Shown piece by piece: positions 47,580-57,800 of a DNA stretch of 64,000 bases. Source of the DNA: a candidate division WOR-3 bacterium (GTDB lineage: Bacteria > Hydrothermota > UBA3072); assembly GCA_039804165.1 (NCBI GenBank), contig JBDRZZ010000010.1:1223-65222 (forward strand). Reading direction: 5' to 3'. The notes below the pieces were generated by a model. It was not told where the DNA came from. It made no database searches and was given only the letters and a program-made list of their open reading frames with translations. Position 1 is the stretch's first letter, and every line of letters starts with the position of its first letter. Both the position numbers and the translations under genes were made by a program.

Positions 47580-48449
47580 ATGATAGAAGAAATACTTTTA
47601 TTAGTTCATGGAGGAGCAAGTAAGAAATTAAGAGACTCCTCTTTAAGAGAAAAAGTGCTTGGGGAAGCTCTAGAGGCAGGTTTCGTGGTCCTAAAAGAAG
47701 GAGGAGAAGCAGCTCTTGCAGTTGTCAAAGCAATTATGGTAATTGAAGATTCCTCTGCTTTCAATGCAGGAAGTGGCTCTGTCCCAAATCTTTATGGAGA
47801 AGCAGAAATGGATGCCTCAGTTGCAACTTCAGAAGGAAAATTTGGCGCTGTAATCTCAATAAAAAATGTAAAAAATCCTGTAAGAGTAGCTTACGAAGTA
47901 ATGGATAAAACGGAACATTTAATTCTTGCCGGAGAAGGAGCACTTCAATTTGCAAGAAGCAGAGGTTTCAAAGAATATAATCCATTAAGCGATGAAATGA
48001 AAAAGCTATTTAAAGAAAAAAACCAATGTGATGAAAAAGAAATAGAAAAATTGAAAAGTTTATATTCTAACGAAACAGTTGGAGCAATCGCAAAGGATAG
48101 CTTTGGTAATATAGCCGCAGCCCTTTCCACAGGTGGTCCTATTTTTCATCTTCCAGGTAGAGTTAGTGACGTGCCTATCTTAGGTGGAGGAATTTATGCC
48201 TCTCCAAGAGGAGCAACCACAATTACTGGACCTGGGGAGGTTATAATAAAAGAAATGATTGCCAAAAAAGTGGATGATTATCTTGCTGAGCATAGTGCCG
48301 AAGAAGCTGCCATGGATTTAATCCAAGAATTTGACATAGACTTTGGCATTGCCATAGTAGATCAAGATGGTAAAGTTGGAATAGCTTATAACACGGAATC
48401 AATGAGTTGGGGGATCAAAACCTCTACTTACAAAGAAGTGCAAGTATAA
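47580..48449 (+). CDS. Isoaspartyl peptidase / L-asparaginase (Ntn-hydrolase, plant-type)
   Basis: Autoproteolysis site NETVGAIA (Thr nucleophile), GGPIFHLPGRVSDVPILGGGIYA. Confidence 0.8.
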   Translation: MIEEILLLVHGGASKKLRDSSLREKVLGEALEAGFVVLKEGGEAALAVVKAIMVIEDSSAFNAGSGSVPNLYGEAEMDASVATSEGKFGAVISIKNVKNPVRVAYEVMDKTEHLILAGEGALQFARSRGFKEYNPLSDEMKKLFKEKNQCDEKEIEKLKSLYSNETVGAIAKDSFGNIAAALSTGGPIFHLPGRVSDVPILGGGIYASPRGATTITGPGEVIIKEMIAKKVDDYLAEHSAEEAAMDLIQEFDIDFGIAIVDQDGKVGIAYNTESMSWGIKTSTYKEVQV

Positions 48450-49675
48450 TGACGGTTATTCTATTATTTTCTTTTATTGAATATAATGTGGAAATTGAAA
48501 CATTTAAAAGAGGTTCAATATATTCAAATAATTTAAATTTATCTTTAGCAAATAGAGGAAAATGGCTATTTTCTCAAATCGAAGGAGGAATTGGTTTTGA
48601 TTATACATCCACTAAAAATGATTTTGGGCTTTCAGATATATTAATAAAAAGTGGAGCAAACAGGAGTATAAGAGAATTTCACTTAAGCCTCTTTCCTATC
48701 TTTCATTTTCCTGGCAGAACCAAAGAGGGTCTTTTAAGAAACTTCTCTATTAAAGAAAAGGGAAAAGGTATAGGGATAGACCTTTTGACAAAACTTTTAA
48801 TGTTTCGTATTGAGAACGAGTTTGAATTTATAACTTATTCAACAGAACCTGTTCTAAGACACTATTTATTTAATTCAAAAATTCAATTTAACCCTGATAC
48901 TTTAATCTTTAGTATTAGCTACAAATTAGAGAGATTTTTAATGTTAAGTCAAACTCCTTTTATGTCTGTTTATATAACACCAAATATAATTCTATCAAAA
49001 TGGAATAACTTTGAGCTTTCCTTAGGGATCTCGTTCCTTTTATTTGGGGAAAGAAAAGAAGAAATAACTCCATCAAATATCCTTTTAAGGGAAGCCGGGG
49101 TAAATACAGGATATTACGGAATTCCTTCTTGGAGCTTCTCTTTTGGGATTTCCTCAAAAAATTATGAAAAAAAAATAAAAGAGCTTTTATCATTAAGAAT
49201 ATTTCTTGTTGATGAAGAAGGGAATCCAATCTCAGGATTTGTCTCCGTTGCGGATTTAGGTAGTTTTCAGATAAGAGAAGGAGAAATGAAATTTGAATTA
49301 CCAAAAGGAATTTATCCAATTTCTGCTTACGCAGATAATTTCATTTCTACTGATACTGTTGTTTTACTTAAAGAAAAAACAGATATATTTTTAAAATTAA
49401 GAGAAAGAAAACAAATTTCTCTTCTCAAAGGAAAAATTAAAGATGTAGAAACTGAAGAGCCAATCAGCGCTAAAATTATTATTGAAAATTCTGATACAAT
49501 AAAAACACAAAATGAAACAGAAACAGGAGAATATAACATTTACCTTTCCCCTGGAAATTACATTTTAAAGATTATCTCCGAAGGTTACTATCCTTACACA
49601 TCTCTAATTGAAGTGAAACAAGAAGAAGTTATTGAATATGACTTCAAGATGCTACCAATTAAAAGGAAAAAATAA
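48449..49675 (+). CDS. Hypothetical envelope protein with C-terminal carboxypeptidase-regulatory-like domains (start at TAATG overlap)
   Basis: Beta-rich N-region; two CarboxypepD_reg-like modules (…SPGNYILKIISEGYYPYT…). Confidence 0.45.
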   Translation: MTVILLFSFIEYNVEIETFKRGSIYSNNLNLSLANRGKWLFSQIEGGIGFDYTSTKNDFGLSDILIKSGANRSIREFHLSLFPIFHFPGRTKEGLLRNFSIKEKGKGIGIDLLTKLLMFRIENEFEFITYSTEPVLRHYLFNSKIQFNPDTLIFSISYKLERFLMLSQTPFMSVYITPNIILSKWNNFELSLGISFLLFGERKEEITPSNILLREAGVNTGYYGIPSWSFSFGISSKNYEKKIKELLSLRIFLVDEEGNPISGFVSVADLGSFQIREGEMKFELPKGIYPISAYADNFISTDTVVLLKEKTDIFLKLRERKQISLLKGKIKDVETEEPISAKIIIENSDTIKTQNETETGEYNIYLSPGNYILKIISEGYYPYTSLIEVKQEEVIEYDFKMLPIKRKK

Positions 49676-49794
49676 TGACTTTTAAAAAGCGTTTTCAAAA
49701 ATATACATATAAGCCAAAGTCCTATGGTTATCTAATAATTTTGCTTTTATTGATAATGAGCCTTATAATATTTCTGAAGGTTTTCAAAGGAGGT
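49675..49794 (+). CDS. Small membrane peptide (39 aa) MTFKKRFQKYTYKPKSYGYLIILLLLIMSLIIFLKVFKGG, TAATG-coupled to the upstream gene
   Basis: ATG overlaps upstream stop; single TM helix after a basic N-region; its 3' end contains the trpS RBS (AAGGAGG). Confidence 0.35.
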
Positions 49795-49797
49795 TAA

Positions 49798-50775
49798 ATG
49801 CAAAGAATACTTAGTGGAATAAGACCAACAGGTAAAATCCATATTGGGAATTATTTTGGTGCCTTAAAAAACTGGGTAGTGCTTCAAAGTGAATATGAAA
49901 CATTTTATATGGTAGCTGACTGGCACACTCTAACCACCAATTACGAAGAATCTCAAGAGTTAAGGAACAGAATAATCGAAACTGTTGTTGATTGGTTAGC
50001 AGTAGGGATTGATCCAAAGAAATCGGTTCTCTTTGTTCAGTCCCAGATAAAAGAACATGCAGAACTTCATCTTCTCTTCTCTATGTTAATAACTGTTCCA
50101 AGGCTTGAAAGGAATCCAACCCTTAAAGAAATGATAAAAGATAGTGGACTTAAAGGGCAGGTAAGCTATGGACTGCTTGGATACCCGGTTCTTCAAGCTT
50201 CTGATATATTAATTTATAGAGCAAATAAAGTCCCAATTGGAGAAGATCAACTTCCTCATCTCGAAATCACTCGTGAATTTGCAAGAAAATTTAATAGTGT
50301 ATATAAAACCATATTCCCAGAGGTAGAACCAATCTTAACAAAAACACCAAGAATTCCTGGTTTAGATGGCAGAAAAATGTCAAAATCCTTGGGCAATGCT
50401 ATATACATTTCGGATAGTTACTCAGAAATTAAAAAAAAGTTACTCTCAGCTTTCACAGATCCTAAAAAAATTAGAAAAAATGATCCTGGGCATCCAAAAG
50501 GTTGTGTGATTTTCGCATATCTTTCTGCCATTGAGATTCCTAATCTTAAGGAAGTAGAGAAAGAATGCAAAAAGGGACAACGAGGCTGTGTTGAATGTAA
50601 AGAGAAAGCAGCCTCTTCACTTAACGAATTTCTTACTCCTATAAGAGAAAAAAGAGAAATTATATTAAAGGAAGTTGATGTAGCTGATATCCTCTATGAA
50701 GGAGCAAAAAAAGCCTCTATTAAAGCTAAAGAAACAATGGATATGGTAAGAGAGGCAATGGGTTTGTGGGTTTAA
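49798..50775 (+). CDS. trpS: Tryptophan--tRNA ligase
   Basis: HIGNY (HIGH), KMSKS, class I TrpRS length. Confidence 0.9.
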   Translation: MQRILSGIRPTGKIHIGNYFGALKNWVVLQSEYETFYMVADWHTLTTNYEESQELRNRIIETVVDWLAVGIDPKKSVLFVQSQIKEHAELHLLFSMLITVPRLERNPTLKEMIKDSGLKGQVSYGLLGYPVLQASDILIYRANKVPIGEDQLPHLEITREFARKFNSVYKTIFPEVEPILTKTPRIPGLDGRKMSKSLGNAIYISDSYSEIKKKLLSAFTDPKKIRKNDPGHPKGCVIFAYLSAIEIPNLKEVEKECKKGQRGCVECKEKAASSLNEFLTPIREKREIILKEVDVADILYEGAKKASIKAKETMDMVREAMGLWV

Positions 50776-52844
50776 GCTTCAACTTCTTTCTCCATAACTT
50801 TCTCTGGAACTTTTTCATATTTATGAAACTCCATAAAATACACCCCTCTCCCTCCTGTTAAAGAACGAAGATCTGTAGCGTAACCAAAAAGATTTGCAAG
50901 TGGAATAAGAGCCTCAATCATTGTTACTTCTCCCTTATGTTCTACATGTTTTATTTCTCCTCTTCGCGAATTAACATCATCCAAAATAACCCCAAAAAAT
51001 TCATTTGGAACGGTTATTTCTACTTTCATAATAGGTTCTAAAAGAACAGGATTGGCTTTCTTATATGCACTTTTGAATGCCTTAGAAGCAGCTATCTTAT
51101 ATGCAATATCTGTTGAATCCACCTCATGATAAGAGCCACCCACCAAAACAACTTTACATCCTAAAATTTCAAAACCTCCCAAGCTCCCAGAAGACATTGC
51201 CTCCTTAATTCCCTCTTCAATTGCTCCCAAGAATTCCTTAGGAATTTCAGTAGCTTTAGCTTCGTTTACAAACTGAAATTCCTCTGCTGGTTCTAACCTT
51301 AAAATAACATCCCCATATTGTCCTTTTCCACCTGTTTGTTTTATAAACCTTCCTTCAGCTGTAGCTTTTTGTGTAATAGTTTCTTTATAAGCAACTCTTG
51401 GCTTTCTCACTCGTGCTTCAACTTTTGATTCCCTTCTTAGTCTTTCCATTATAACCTCAAGGTGTAATTCTCCCATTCCATAGATTAAAGTTTCCCCTGT
51501 GTCTTTATCATTTTTAACCAAGAAAGTAGGATCTTCTTCTTGAATTTTGTTTAAAGCAGCCATTAGTCTCTCCTGATCTGAAGCAGTCTTTGGAGAAACA
51601 CTTGTAAAAATAACTGGCTCAGGAACTCTTGGGGGCTCAAAAAGAATTGGCCTAAGAGGATCTGTTAATGTATGTCCTGTAGCAATCTCTGATGGGCCAA
51701 CAAAAGCTCCAATCTCTCCCGCTTCTATAGAATCAATTTCTTGTCGTCTATTAGCGTGGACAAGAAAAATTTTAGAAATCCTCTCTATTTTACCCGTATT
51801 AACATTTAAAACTTTTTCTCCTCTTTGGATCTTCCCTGAATAAATTCTTACAAAAGCAAGCTTACCATGAGGTTCTGCCGCTATTTTAAAAACAAGAGCA
51901 CTAAAAGGTTCTGAAGGATCGTTCTTTCTCTCTTCTATTTCATCTGTTCCTGGCACCTTCCCTTTGGGAGGAACAACTTCTAAGGGCGAGGGGAGATAAT
52001 CAACAATTGCATCCATAACTTTCTGAACGCCAACATTCTTAAGAGCAGATCCTCCAAGAACAGGGAAAAAATCACCCTTAATTGTTCCTTTTCTAATGGC
52101 TCTTTTCAAAAGGGAGGGTTCTATCTCTTCCTCTTTAAGGAACTTCTCAACCACCTCATCATCATAAAGACTAACCTTATCAAGAAGTTCATCCCTATAT
52201 TTTTTTGCTAAATCAAGATATTCTTGAGGAATTGGAAGTGATTCAAAATTAAGACCCATCTCATCCTTCCAAATCCAAGCTTTCATTTCAACAATATCAA
52301 CCAATCCTCTTACCATATCATTATGAAATAGAGGAATGCCTAAAACAAGAGGTGTTACTTTCAACTTCCTTTTCATCTCCTCTACGGTTTCAAAAAAATC
52401 CGCCCCTTTTCTATCTAACTTATTCACAAAAGTAATTCTGGGAACATTATATCTATTTGCTTGTCTCCAGACCGTTTCAGACTGAGCCTCAACGCCCTCC
52501 ACCCCACTAAAAACAACCACTCCTCCATCAAGAATTCTAAGACTCCTTTCAACCTCAACAGTAAAATCAACATGTCCAGGTGTATCTATCAAATTTATCC
52601 TCTTCCCTTTCCAATAGATAGTTGTAGCAGCAGAAGTAATAGTAATTCCTCTTTCTCTCTCTTGATCCATATAGTCCATAACAGTCGTCCCCTCATCTAC
52701 TTCTCCCATTCGATGGACCTTCCCGCTGTAAAAAAGAATCCTCTCTGTAAGAGTGGTCTTTCCTGCATCAATATGTGCTATTATTCCTATATTCCGGACG
52801 TTTGGAATTTCAACCCTTTTATCAGAGTAATTTTCCTCGGACAT
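50772..52844 (-). CDS. fusA: Elongation factor G
   Basis: AHIDAGKTT, DTPGHVDF, full five-domain length; str-operon position after rpsG. Confidence 0.9.
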   Translation of the reverse strand: MSEENYSDKRVEIPNVRNIGIIAHIDAGKTTLTERILFYSGKVHRMGEVDEGTTVMDYMDQERERGITITSAATTIYWKGKRINLIDTPGHVDFTVEVERSLRILDGGVVVFSGVEGVEAQSETVWRQANRYNVPRITFVNKLDRKGADFFETVEEMKRKLKVTPLVLGIPLFHNDMVRGLVDIVEMKAWIWKDEMGLNFESLPIPQEYLDLAKKYRDELLDKVSLYDDEVVEKFLKEEEIEPSLLKRAIRKGTIKGDFFPVLGGSALKNVGVQKVMDAIVDYLPSPLEVVPPKGKVPGTDEIEERKNDPSEPFSALVFKIAAEPHGKLAFVRIYSGKIQRGEKVLNVNTGKIERISKIFLVHANRRQEIDSIEAGEIGAFVGPSEIATGHTLTDPLRPILFEPPRVPEPVIFTSVSPKTASDQERLMAALNKIQEEDPTFLVKNDKDTGETLIYGMGELHLEVIMERLRRESKVEARVRKPRVAYKETITQKATAEGRFIKQTGGKGQYGDVILRLEPAEEFQFVNEAKATEIPKEFLGAIEEGIKEAMSSGSLGGFEILGCKVVLVGGSYHEVDSTDIAYKIAASKAFKSAYKKANPVLLEPIMKVEITVPNEFFGVILDDVNSRRGEIKHVEHKGEVTMIEALIPLANLFGYATDLRSLTGGRGVYFMEFHKYEKVPEKVMEKEVEA

Positions 52845-52873
52845 TGAAGATTTTTATTTTATTGAAAAATAAC

Positions 52874-53341
52874 CTACCAGCCGAAAAATGCAAAAGCCTT
52901 ATTAGCTTCTGCCATCTTATGGGTTTCTTCTTTTTTCTTATAAGCTGCCCCTTCTTTTCTGGAAGCAGCAATAATTTCATTACAAAGTCTCTCTTCCATT
53001 CTGTATTCTTCCCTATTCCTCGCAGCTTCTATTATCCACTTAATAGCGAGAGAATTTTTCCTACTAGGTCTTACCTCAATCGGTATTTGATAGGTTTGCC
53101 CGCCAATTCTTCTCGGGCGAACTTCAACCATTGGTTTAACATTATTAATTGCTTGATTAAGAACATCAATGCCTTCTCTTCCTGTTCTTTCTGTAATAAG
53201 ATCTATTGCTCTATAGAAGATTTTCTCCGCTATAGTTTTTTTCCCTTTTTTCATCAACTTATTTATAAACTTTGTCACCAATTCAGAATGGTACTTATAA
53301 TCTGGAGGAACTTTCCTTTCTACAGCTCTTCTTCTTCTCAT
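52874..53341 (-). CDS. rpsG: 30S ribosomal protein S7
   Basis: Strong similarity along full length (…[13 protein letters not shown]). Confidence 0.9.
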   Translation of the reverse strand: MRRRRAVERKVPPDYKYHSELVTKFINKLMKKGKKTIAEKIFYRAIDLITERTGREGIDVLNQAINNVKPMVEVRPRRIGGQTYQIPIEVRPSRKNSLAIKWIIEAARNREEYRMEERLCNEIIAASRKEGAAYKKKEETHKMAEANKAFAFFGW

Positions 53342-53748
53342 TTCTCCTCTCCTTTATCACCAGAACTAACTACACCACTTTTAGGCATTTTCGTTCCATA
53401 ACAAGAGCGACTTCTTTTTCTATCCTCCACACCTGCTGCGTCATAAACCCCTCTTATTATATGATATCTCACTCCTGGTAAATCTTTAACTCTCCCCCCT
53501 CTAACCAAAACAATTGAATGTTCCTGAAGATTGTGTCCCTCTCCAGGTATATAAGCTGTAACAACCTTTCCATTAGACAACTTAACCCTAGCCACTTTAC
53601 GCAATGCAGAATTAGGTTTCTTAGGAGTTGTTGTATAAACTCTCAAACAAACTCCCCTTTTCTGTGGACAGCCTCCAAGAGCTGGGGTTTTCGTTTTTTT
53701 CTTTATTTTTTTTCTTCCCAATCTTACTAATTGATTTATTGTAGGCAT
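53338..53748 (-). CDS. rpsL: 30S ribosomal protein S12 (with ~12-aa C-terminal extension)
   Basis: MPTINQLVR…[10 protein letters not shown]…; extra C-terminal tail [13 protein letters not shown] overlapping the rpsG start. Confidence 0.9.
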   Translation of the reverse strand: MPTINQLVRLGRKKIKKKTKTPALGGCPQKRGVCLRVYTTTPKKPNSALRKVARVKLSNGKVVTAYIPGEGHNLQEHSIVLVRGGRVKDLPGVRYHIIRGVYDAAGVEDRKRSRSCYGTKMPKSGVVSSGDKGEEK

Positions 53749-53759
53749 AAAAAAACCTC

Positions 53760-56700
53760 CTATGCTGTTTTTGCTTCTTCTGCTAATTCTTCTTTCTTAT
53801 ATTTAACTTCTATCTTCCTAAACTCTCTAAATCCTGTTCCAGCAGGAATCATTCCACCTATTATCACGTTTTCTTTCAAACCCTTAAGATAATCACTTTT
53901 ACCTTCCAAAGCAGCATTCAAAAGCACTTTTGTAGTGTGTTGGAAAGAAGCTGCTGCTATAACAGAATCGTGAGAAAGTGAAGAATGGGTAATTCCAAGA
54001 AGAACGGGCTCAAAAATTGCGGGTTGTCCGCCTTCAGCAACAATCTTTTTGTTCACCTCTCTTACTTCCTTAGCATCCACCACCTGTCCCTCAAGGAAAG
54101 TAGTATCTCCACTTTCTACTATCCTAACTTTTCTAAACATCTGGCGAACAATTATCCCTATATGTTTATCGTCAATATTAACTCCTTGCATCCTATAAAC
54201 TTCCTGAATTTCATTAAGTAAATACTGTTGAGCTGCAATTACACCTTTTACTCTAAGAATGTCATGAGGATCGACAAATCCCTCACACAATTTATCTCCA
54301 GCTTCCACTCTTTGTCCTTCATGAACCATAAAATACTTACCATAAGGAATGGTATATTTTCTTCTTTCTTTATCTGATTCAACAAATATAATCCTCTTAC
54401 CCCTTGTTACTTTGCCGAAATGAACAATTCCATCAATTTCTGAGATAATAGCCTTATCCTTTGGGGACCTTGCTTCAACAAGAGCTTCTACTCTTGGAAG
54501 ACCTCCTGTTATATCCTGGGTTCTGGCAATCTCTCTTGGCTTTTTAGCCAAAAGAGAACCAACATCAACCTTAGCACCATCCTCAACAAATAAATAAGAA
54601 CCAGTTGGAATAGAATATTCAGCAACTTTCTTATTACCAGATATAATCTCAATTGTAGGTAGATACTTACTCTTTGAACCATAAACTAAAACTCTCTGAC
54701 TCTTACCGGTTTCATCAACCATTTCCTTCAGAGTCACATCTTCTATAATATCTACAAATCTAACCACTCCAGCTTTCTCTGAAATTATCAAATTAGAATA
54801 AGGCTCATACTCAAATAAAATAGTCCCTTTTGTAACCTCTTGTCCATCTTTAACCTTAAGAATAGACCCATAAGGAATTCTATATCTTATCCTTCCTTCA
54901 GGATAGGTAAGATAAAGAGAAGAATTCCTGGAAAGAACAACAATAGGTTTCCCAGGTGCCTTATTATAAATTATATCTTTACCATACTCTACCTTTCCAT
55001 CTCTTGGAGCCTTTTGATAATATTCAGCAGCCTCTCCTCCTGCAATTCCTCCAACGTGGAATGTCCTCAAAGTCAATTGAGTCCCAGGCTCTCCAATAGA
55101 TTGAGCTGCGATTATTCCAACCGCTGTTCCAAGTTGAACCAATTCTCCTGTAGATAGATCTTTACCATAACACTTCTGACAAATCCCTGTTTCAGACTCA
55201 CAAGTAAGAACAGAACGAATTTTAACTGATTCCACTCCTGCTTCTTCAATTTGTCTACCAATCTCCTCATCAATCCACTCTCCCGCAGGAACAATAATTT
55301 CTCCTGTTAAAGGATGGATTACATCATCAGCAGTATAAGAACCTTCTATTCTATCAAACAAAGACTCCACAACTTTTCCCCCTTCAACAAGAGCAGAAAC
55401 ATCTACTCCCATAACAGTTCCACAGTCTTCTTCTGTAATAACAACTCCTTGAGCCACATCAACAAGCCTTCTAGTTAAATATCCAGCTTCAGCGGTCTTT
55501 AACGCAGTATCCGTTAGTCCCTTCCTTGCTCCATGAGAAGAGATAAAGTATTCCATTTCATTCAATCCTTCTTTAAACGAATGTAAAATAGGAGTTTCTA
55601 TTATTGCCTGGGTAGAAAGCTTTTTCTGTGGCTTCGCCATTAGACCCCTAAGACCACAGATTTGTCTTATTTGATCCATATTACCTCTTGCTCCAGAGGT
55701 GCTCATCATATAAATAGGATTAAATCCATCTTTATCTTGAGCAAGAGCTCTTTCCAATTCTCTTTCTATAACCTCTGTAGCCCAAGCCCAAGTATCAATA
55801 ACTTTATTATATCTTTCCCCTTCAGTAATAATTCCCTGAACCTTATGCTGTCTCTCTGCTTCTTGAACTTTCTTTTGAGCTTCTTCAATTATTTTCTCCC
55901 TTCCCTCTGGAATAATCATATCTGTTACACCAAAAGTTAACCCAGACTTAGTGGCAAAATCAAATCCAAGTTTCTTAATCTCGTCAAGAAACTCAGCCGC
56001 TTTCTCCATACCAAGTTTTTTAACGCATTGTAAGACCAAATTTTTTAGCCCTTTACTTTCTAAGGTTTCATTAATCCACCTTAAAGGTTCGGGAACAATC
56101 TCATTAAAAATAACTCTACCTACTGTCGTCTCTATCCATTCTTCTTTATACCTCAATTTTATCCAATCATGAAGTCCAATTATTTTTTCCTCATAAGCAC
56201 AGATCACCTCATCCATACTATCAAAATAGCCTTTTATTTTCTTTTCTCCCAAGCGAGTCTTTGTTAGATAATAAATACCTATAACAATGTCCTGAGTAGG
56301 AACCATCAAGGGAGTACCATTAGCTGGAGAAAGAATATTTCTGGAAGACAAAAGAAGGAAATAACTCTCCAACTGTGCATAAGGGGATAGAGGCACGTGA
56401 ACAGCCATCTGATCTCCATCAAAATCTGCATTAAAAGGAGGACAAACCATAGGATGAATACGAATAGCATTCCCTTCCACAAGTTTTGGTAAGAAGGCTT
56501 GTATAGAAACCCTATGGAGAGTAGGAGCTCGGTTAAGAAGAATGGGATATCCTTCTACTACTTCTTCTAAAAGATCCCAAGCTCTTGGATCGTTAGCTTC
56601 CAAAACTTTCCTTGCTTGTCTTATTGAATCAACAATGCCCGCCTCTTCTAACTTTCTTATGAGGAAAGGCTTAAAGAGTTCTTTAGCCATTTTCTTTGGC

Positions 56701-57800
56701 AAACCGCATTCATAAAGCTTAAGAGTAGGATCCACTGTAATAACAGACCTACCAGAGTAATCAACTCTCTTACCTAAAAGATTTCTTCTAAATCTACCCT
56801 TCTTTCCTTTTATAGAGTCTGTTAAAGACTTAAGCGGTCTATTCCCTCTACCAGTAATAGCTCTACTTAATCTTGAATTATCAAAAAGTGCATCAACAGA
56901 TTCCTGTAGCATCCTCATTTCATTCCTAAGTATTGTAGGAGGTGCATCTATCTCGATCAAATTTTTAAGCCTGTTATTTCTTGTGATTACTCTTCTATAA
57001 AGATCATTCACATCAGAGGTAGCAAAAATTCCTCCTTCAAGAGGAACAAGAGGTCTAACATCAGGAGGAATCACAGGTAAGACCCTGAGGACCATCCATT
57101 CTGGCTTATTTCCTGATTTCAGGAATGCTTCCACAATAGAAAGCTTTTGCAATAGTTTTTTCTTTATATGTTTTGAATCCGCTGTTTTTATTTCCTTCTT
57201 AAGTTCATCCGATAATTTTACAAGATCCAATTCTTTAAGAAGATCATAAATTGCCTCTCCACCCATCTTAGCAACAAAAGCCCCTTTATATTTTTCTTTA
57301 AGAGTTAAATAACTCTCATAAGAGATCACCTGCCCTTTTTTAAGAGGAGCGGTTCCTGGGTCTATCACTATATAAGACTCATAATAAAGAATTCTCTGCA
57401 ATTGAAGTTTCTTCAACCCCAAAAGCGTTCCTATAATACTTGGATTAACCCTATAATACCAGATATGAACAACTGGGATTGCAAGTTCTATATGACCCAT
57501 CCTTTCTCTTCTTACGCTTGACTTCGTAACTTCAACTTTACATCTTTCACATATATGCCCTTTATATTTTGGTCCTTTATATTTTCCGCAGTTACATTCA
57601 TAATCTTTTACAGGACCAAAAATCCTTTCGCAGAACAATCCTCCTATCTCAGGTTTTTGAGTTCTATAATTTATTGTTTCTGCTTTTTTTACCTCTCCAT
57701 AAGACCAAGATAAGATCTTTTCTGGAGAAGCAAGCGAAAATCTAATGAAGTCAAAGTGTTTGGGTAAACCATCTTTATATCTACCCTCATTAAACCTCAT
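53760..57800 (-). CDS. rpoC: DNA-directed RNA polymerase subunit beta'
   Basis: Zn-ribbon CNCGKYKG…[16 protein letters not shown] catalytic loop. Confidence 0.95.
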   Translation of the reverse strand: MRFNEGRYKDGLPKHFDFIRFSLASPEKILSWSYGEVKKAETINYRTQKPEIGGLFCERIFGPVKDYECNCGKYKGPKYKGHICERCKVEVTKSSVRRERMGHIELAIPVVHIWYYRVNPSIIGTLLGLKKLQLQRILYYESYIVIDPGTAPLKKGQVISYESYLTLKEKYKGAFVAKMGGEAIYDLLKELDLVKLSDELKKEIKTADSKHIKKKLLQKLSIVEAFLKSGNKPEWMVLRVLPVIPPDVRPLVPLEGGIFATSDVNDLYRRVITRNNRLKNLIEIDAPPTILRNEMRMLQESVDALFDNSRLSRAITGRGNRPLKSLTDSIKGKKGRFRRNLLGKRVDYSGRSVITVDPTLKLYECGLPKKMAKELFKPFLIRKLEEAGIVDSIRQARKVLEANDPRAWDLLEEVVEGYPILLNRAPTLHRVSIQAFLPKLVEGNAIRIHPMVCPPFNADFDGDQMAVHVPLSPYAQLESYFLLLSSRNILSPANGTPLMVPTQDIVIGIYYLTKTRLGEKKIKGYFDSMDEVICAYEEKIIGLHDWIKLRYKEEWIETTVGRVIFNEIVPEPLRWINETLESKGLKNLVLQCVKKLGMEKAAEFLDEIKKLGFDFATKSGLTFGVTDMIIPEGREKIIEEAQKKVQEAERQHKVQGIITEGERYNKVIDTWAWATEVIERELERALAQDKDGFNPIYMMSTSGARGNMDQIRQICGLRGLMAKPQKKLSTQAIIETPILHSFKEGLNEMEYFISSHGARKGLTDTALKTAEAGYLTRRLVDVAQGVVITEEDCGTVMGVDVSALVEGGKVVESLFDRIEGSYTADDVIHPLTGEIIVPAGEWIDEEIGRQIEEAGVESVKIRSVLTCESETGICQKCYGKDLSTGELVQLGTAVGIIAAQSIGEPGTQLTLRTFHVGGIAGGEAAEYYQKAPRDGKVEYGKDIIYNKAPGKPIVVLSRNSSLYLTYPEGRIRYRIPYGSILKVKDGQEVTKGTILFEYEPYSNLIISEKAGVVRFVDIIEDVTLKEMVDETGKSQRVLVYGSKSKYLPTIEIISGNKKVAEYSIPTGSYLFVEDGAKVDVGSLLAKKPREIARTQDITGGLPRVEALVEARSPKDKAIISEIDGIVHFGKVTRGKRIIFVESDKERRKYTIPYGKYFMVHEGQRVEAGDKLCEGFVDPHDILRVKGVIAAQQYLLNEIQEVYRMQGVNIDDKHIGIIVRQMFRKVRIVESGDTTFLEGQVVDAKEVREVNKKIVAEGGQPAIFEPVLLGITHSSLSHDSVIAAASFQHTTKVLLNAALEGKSDYLKGLKENVIIGGMIPAGTGFREFRKIEVKYKKEELAEEAKTA

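Noticed and set aside
52461-53481. ORFs 52461..52847, 52775..53401 and 53272..53481 (+) overlapping fusA/rpsG/rpsL
   Set aside because: Opposite-strand shadow ORFs of highly conserved ribosomal genes.
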